This document shows, piece by piece, positions 63,106 to 64,000 of a stretch of 64,000 nucleotides of DNA; position 1 is the first letter of the stretch; the number at the start of each line of letters is the position of its first letter. Under the pieces are notes generated by a model. That model had not been told where the DNA came from. It saw only the letters and a program-made list of their open reading frames with translations, and did not search any database. The stretch comes from a phage. The stretch lies in sequence record PQ536907.1; one strand, 5' to 3'. The translations under genes and the position numbers were made by a program.

Positions 63106-63725
63106 TCAACTACCTCAATATCATAAACTTTAAATGTTCCAAACGAATCGTGTAATTTTTCTTTTGAAATAGAAGTTATTCTATACTTTCCAATTGGAAT
63201 CATCCATTCTTGTTCACGCACAATCATCATTAAGTTATCAGTACGCTCTGAATCTAGCCCATCAGTATCTTCATACGTGTACTTGAACTCAGTATTAGGA
63301 GAAGAAAGTATAATATCGCTGATATGGTCAGAATAATTAAAAGCTTTATCAGTTTTTAAGCGAAGTATTATTTTAGTAAAATATTCAGCATAAGAAAAAG
63401 AACATGCTGTGAGTAAACTAGTAGTAAATGAATCTACCCTGTTCGTTGAAAACACTTCTCCAACTTGTAAATCTTTAATAAGTTCTTCTGTTGATTTTGA
63501 TATACCACGATATAACTGATAAGGTGATTTAGTTAAATGCTTTTTAATGATTTTATTCAACTGCCGATGAAGAGCTTCATTCTTTTTGGCTTCCATACAT
63601 TGCCAAAGAACAGACTGCTCAAAGTCAGTAAATTTTTCACAGACTTTTTTATACATATCATATTGAAAATCAACGCTTTCAGCTTTTATAGATAACTGTT
63701 CAACATCTGCAGGATTAATAATCAT
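63102..63725 (-). CDS. modB: ADP-ribosyltransferase ModB
   Basis: 207 aa (T4 ModB length); R-S-E-type motifs (LYRG...EQEWMIP); ATGA coupling to modA. Confidence 0.85.
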   Translation of the reverse strand: MIINPADVEQLSIKAESVDFQYDMYKKVCEKFTDFEQSVLWQCMEAKKNEALHRQLNKIIKKHLTKSPYQLYRGISKSTEELIKDLQVGEVFSTNRVDSFTTSLLTACSFSYAEYFTKIILRLKTDKAFNYSDHISDIILSSPNTEFKYTYEDTDGLDSERTDNLMMIVREQEWMIPIGKYRITSISKEKLHDSFGTFKVYDIEVVE

Positions 63726-63792
63726 GATAGCCTCCGTATACTTCAGAAGCTATCATATCATCGTTAGAAAGGAAAGTAAACAACTTTTTGAA

Positions 63793-63975
63793 TTATTTTG
63801 CCCAGGGAGCCCAAGGCGGAGGGTCAAGATGGTATGAAGCTAGTTCTTCTAGAAGAGCATCTGGGGCTTCAATTCCATAATTCTGTAATACTATACGGTA
63901 CTCTTTCTTATAATCACTAGAATCATTCTGGTTATTCGTAGAATGATTATCTTCTAACATCTCAAATAAATCCAT
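63793..63975 (-). CDS. Hypothetical protein (60 aa)
   Basis: ORF near the window edge, upstream of modB. Confidence 0.35.
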   Translation of the reverse strand: MDLFEMLEDNHSTNNQNDSSDYKKEYRIVLQNYGIEAPDALLEELASYHLDPPPWAPWAK

Positions 63976-64000
63976 ATTAATTCCTAGCGATAAAAACCAA

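Overview
This window reads as a contiguous segment of a T4-like (T-even, Tequatrovirus-type) phage genome, collinear with the T4 map from the baseplate genes 28/29/48/54 through alt, DNA ligase, the cd/pseT/alc/rnlA/nrdAB/td/frd early block, 32/59/33/dsbA/rnh, the long-tail-fibre operon 34-38, holin t, asiA/arn/motA/52, stp/ndd/denB, rIIB/rIIA and 39 to dexA/dda/srd/modA/modB. Late genes lie on the + strand; almost all early and middle genes lie on the - strand, tightly packed with frequent ATGA-type start/stop overlaps. Gene names rest on my recollection of T4 proteins and on visible motifs; no database search was run. Relative to T4 as I recall it, td and nrdB are uninterrupted, gene 39 is one 605-aa ORF, and no homing-endonuclease ORFs sit at nrdA-nrdB or 32-59. 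I found no clearly novel multi-gene system. The most noteworthy items are two tandem full-length Alt-type ADP-ribosyltransferases, a NADAR/YbiA-like ORF near them, an extra ORF between frd and td, a duplicated promoter-leader cassette, a 250-bp ORF-poor island next to rIII, and several small ORFs below the 60-aa track cutoff (including stp). Coordinates of regulatory elements and hand-derived small ORFs are approximate to a few nucleotides.
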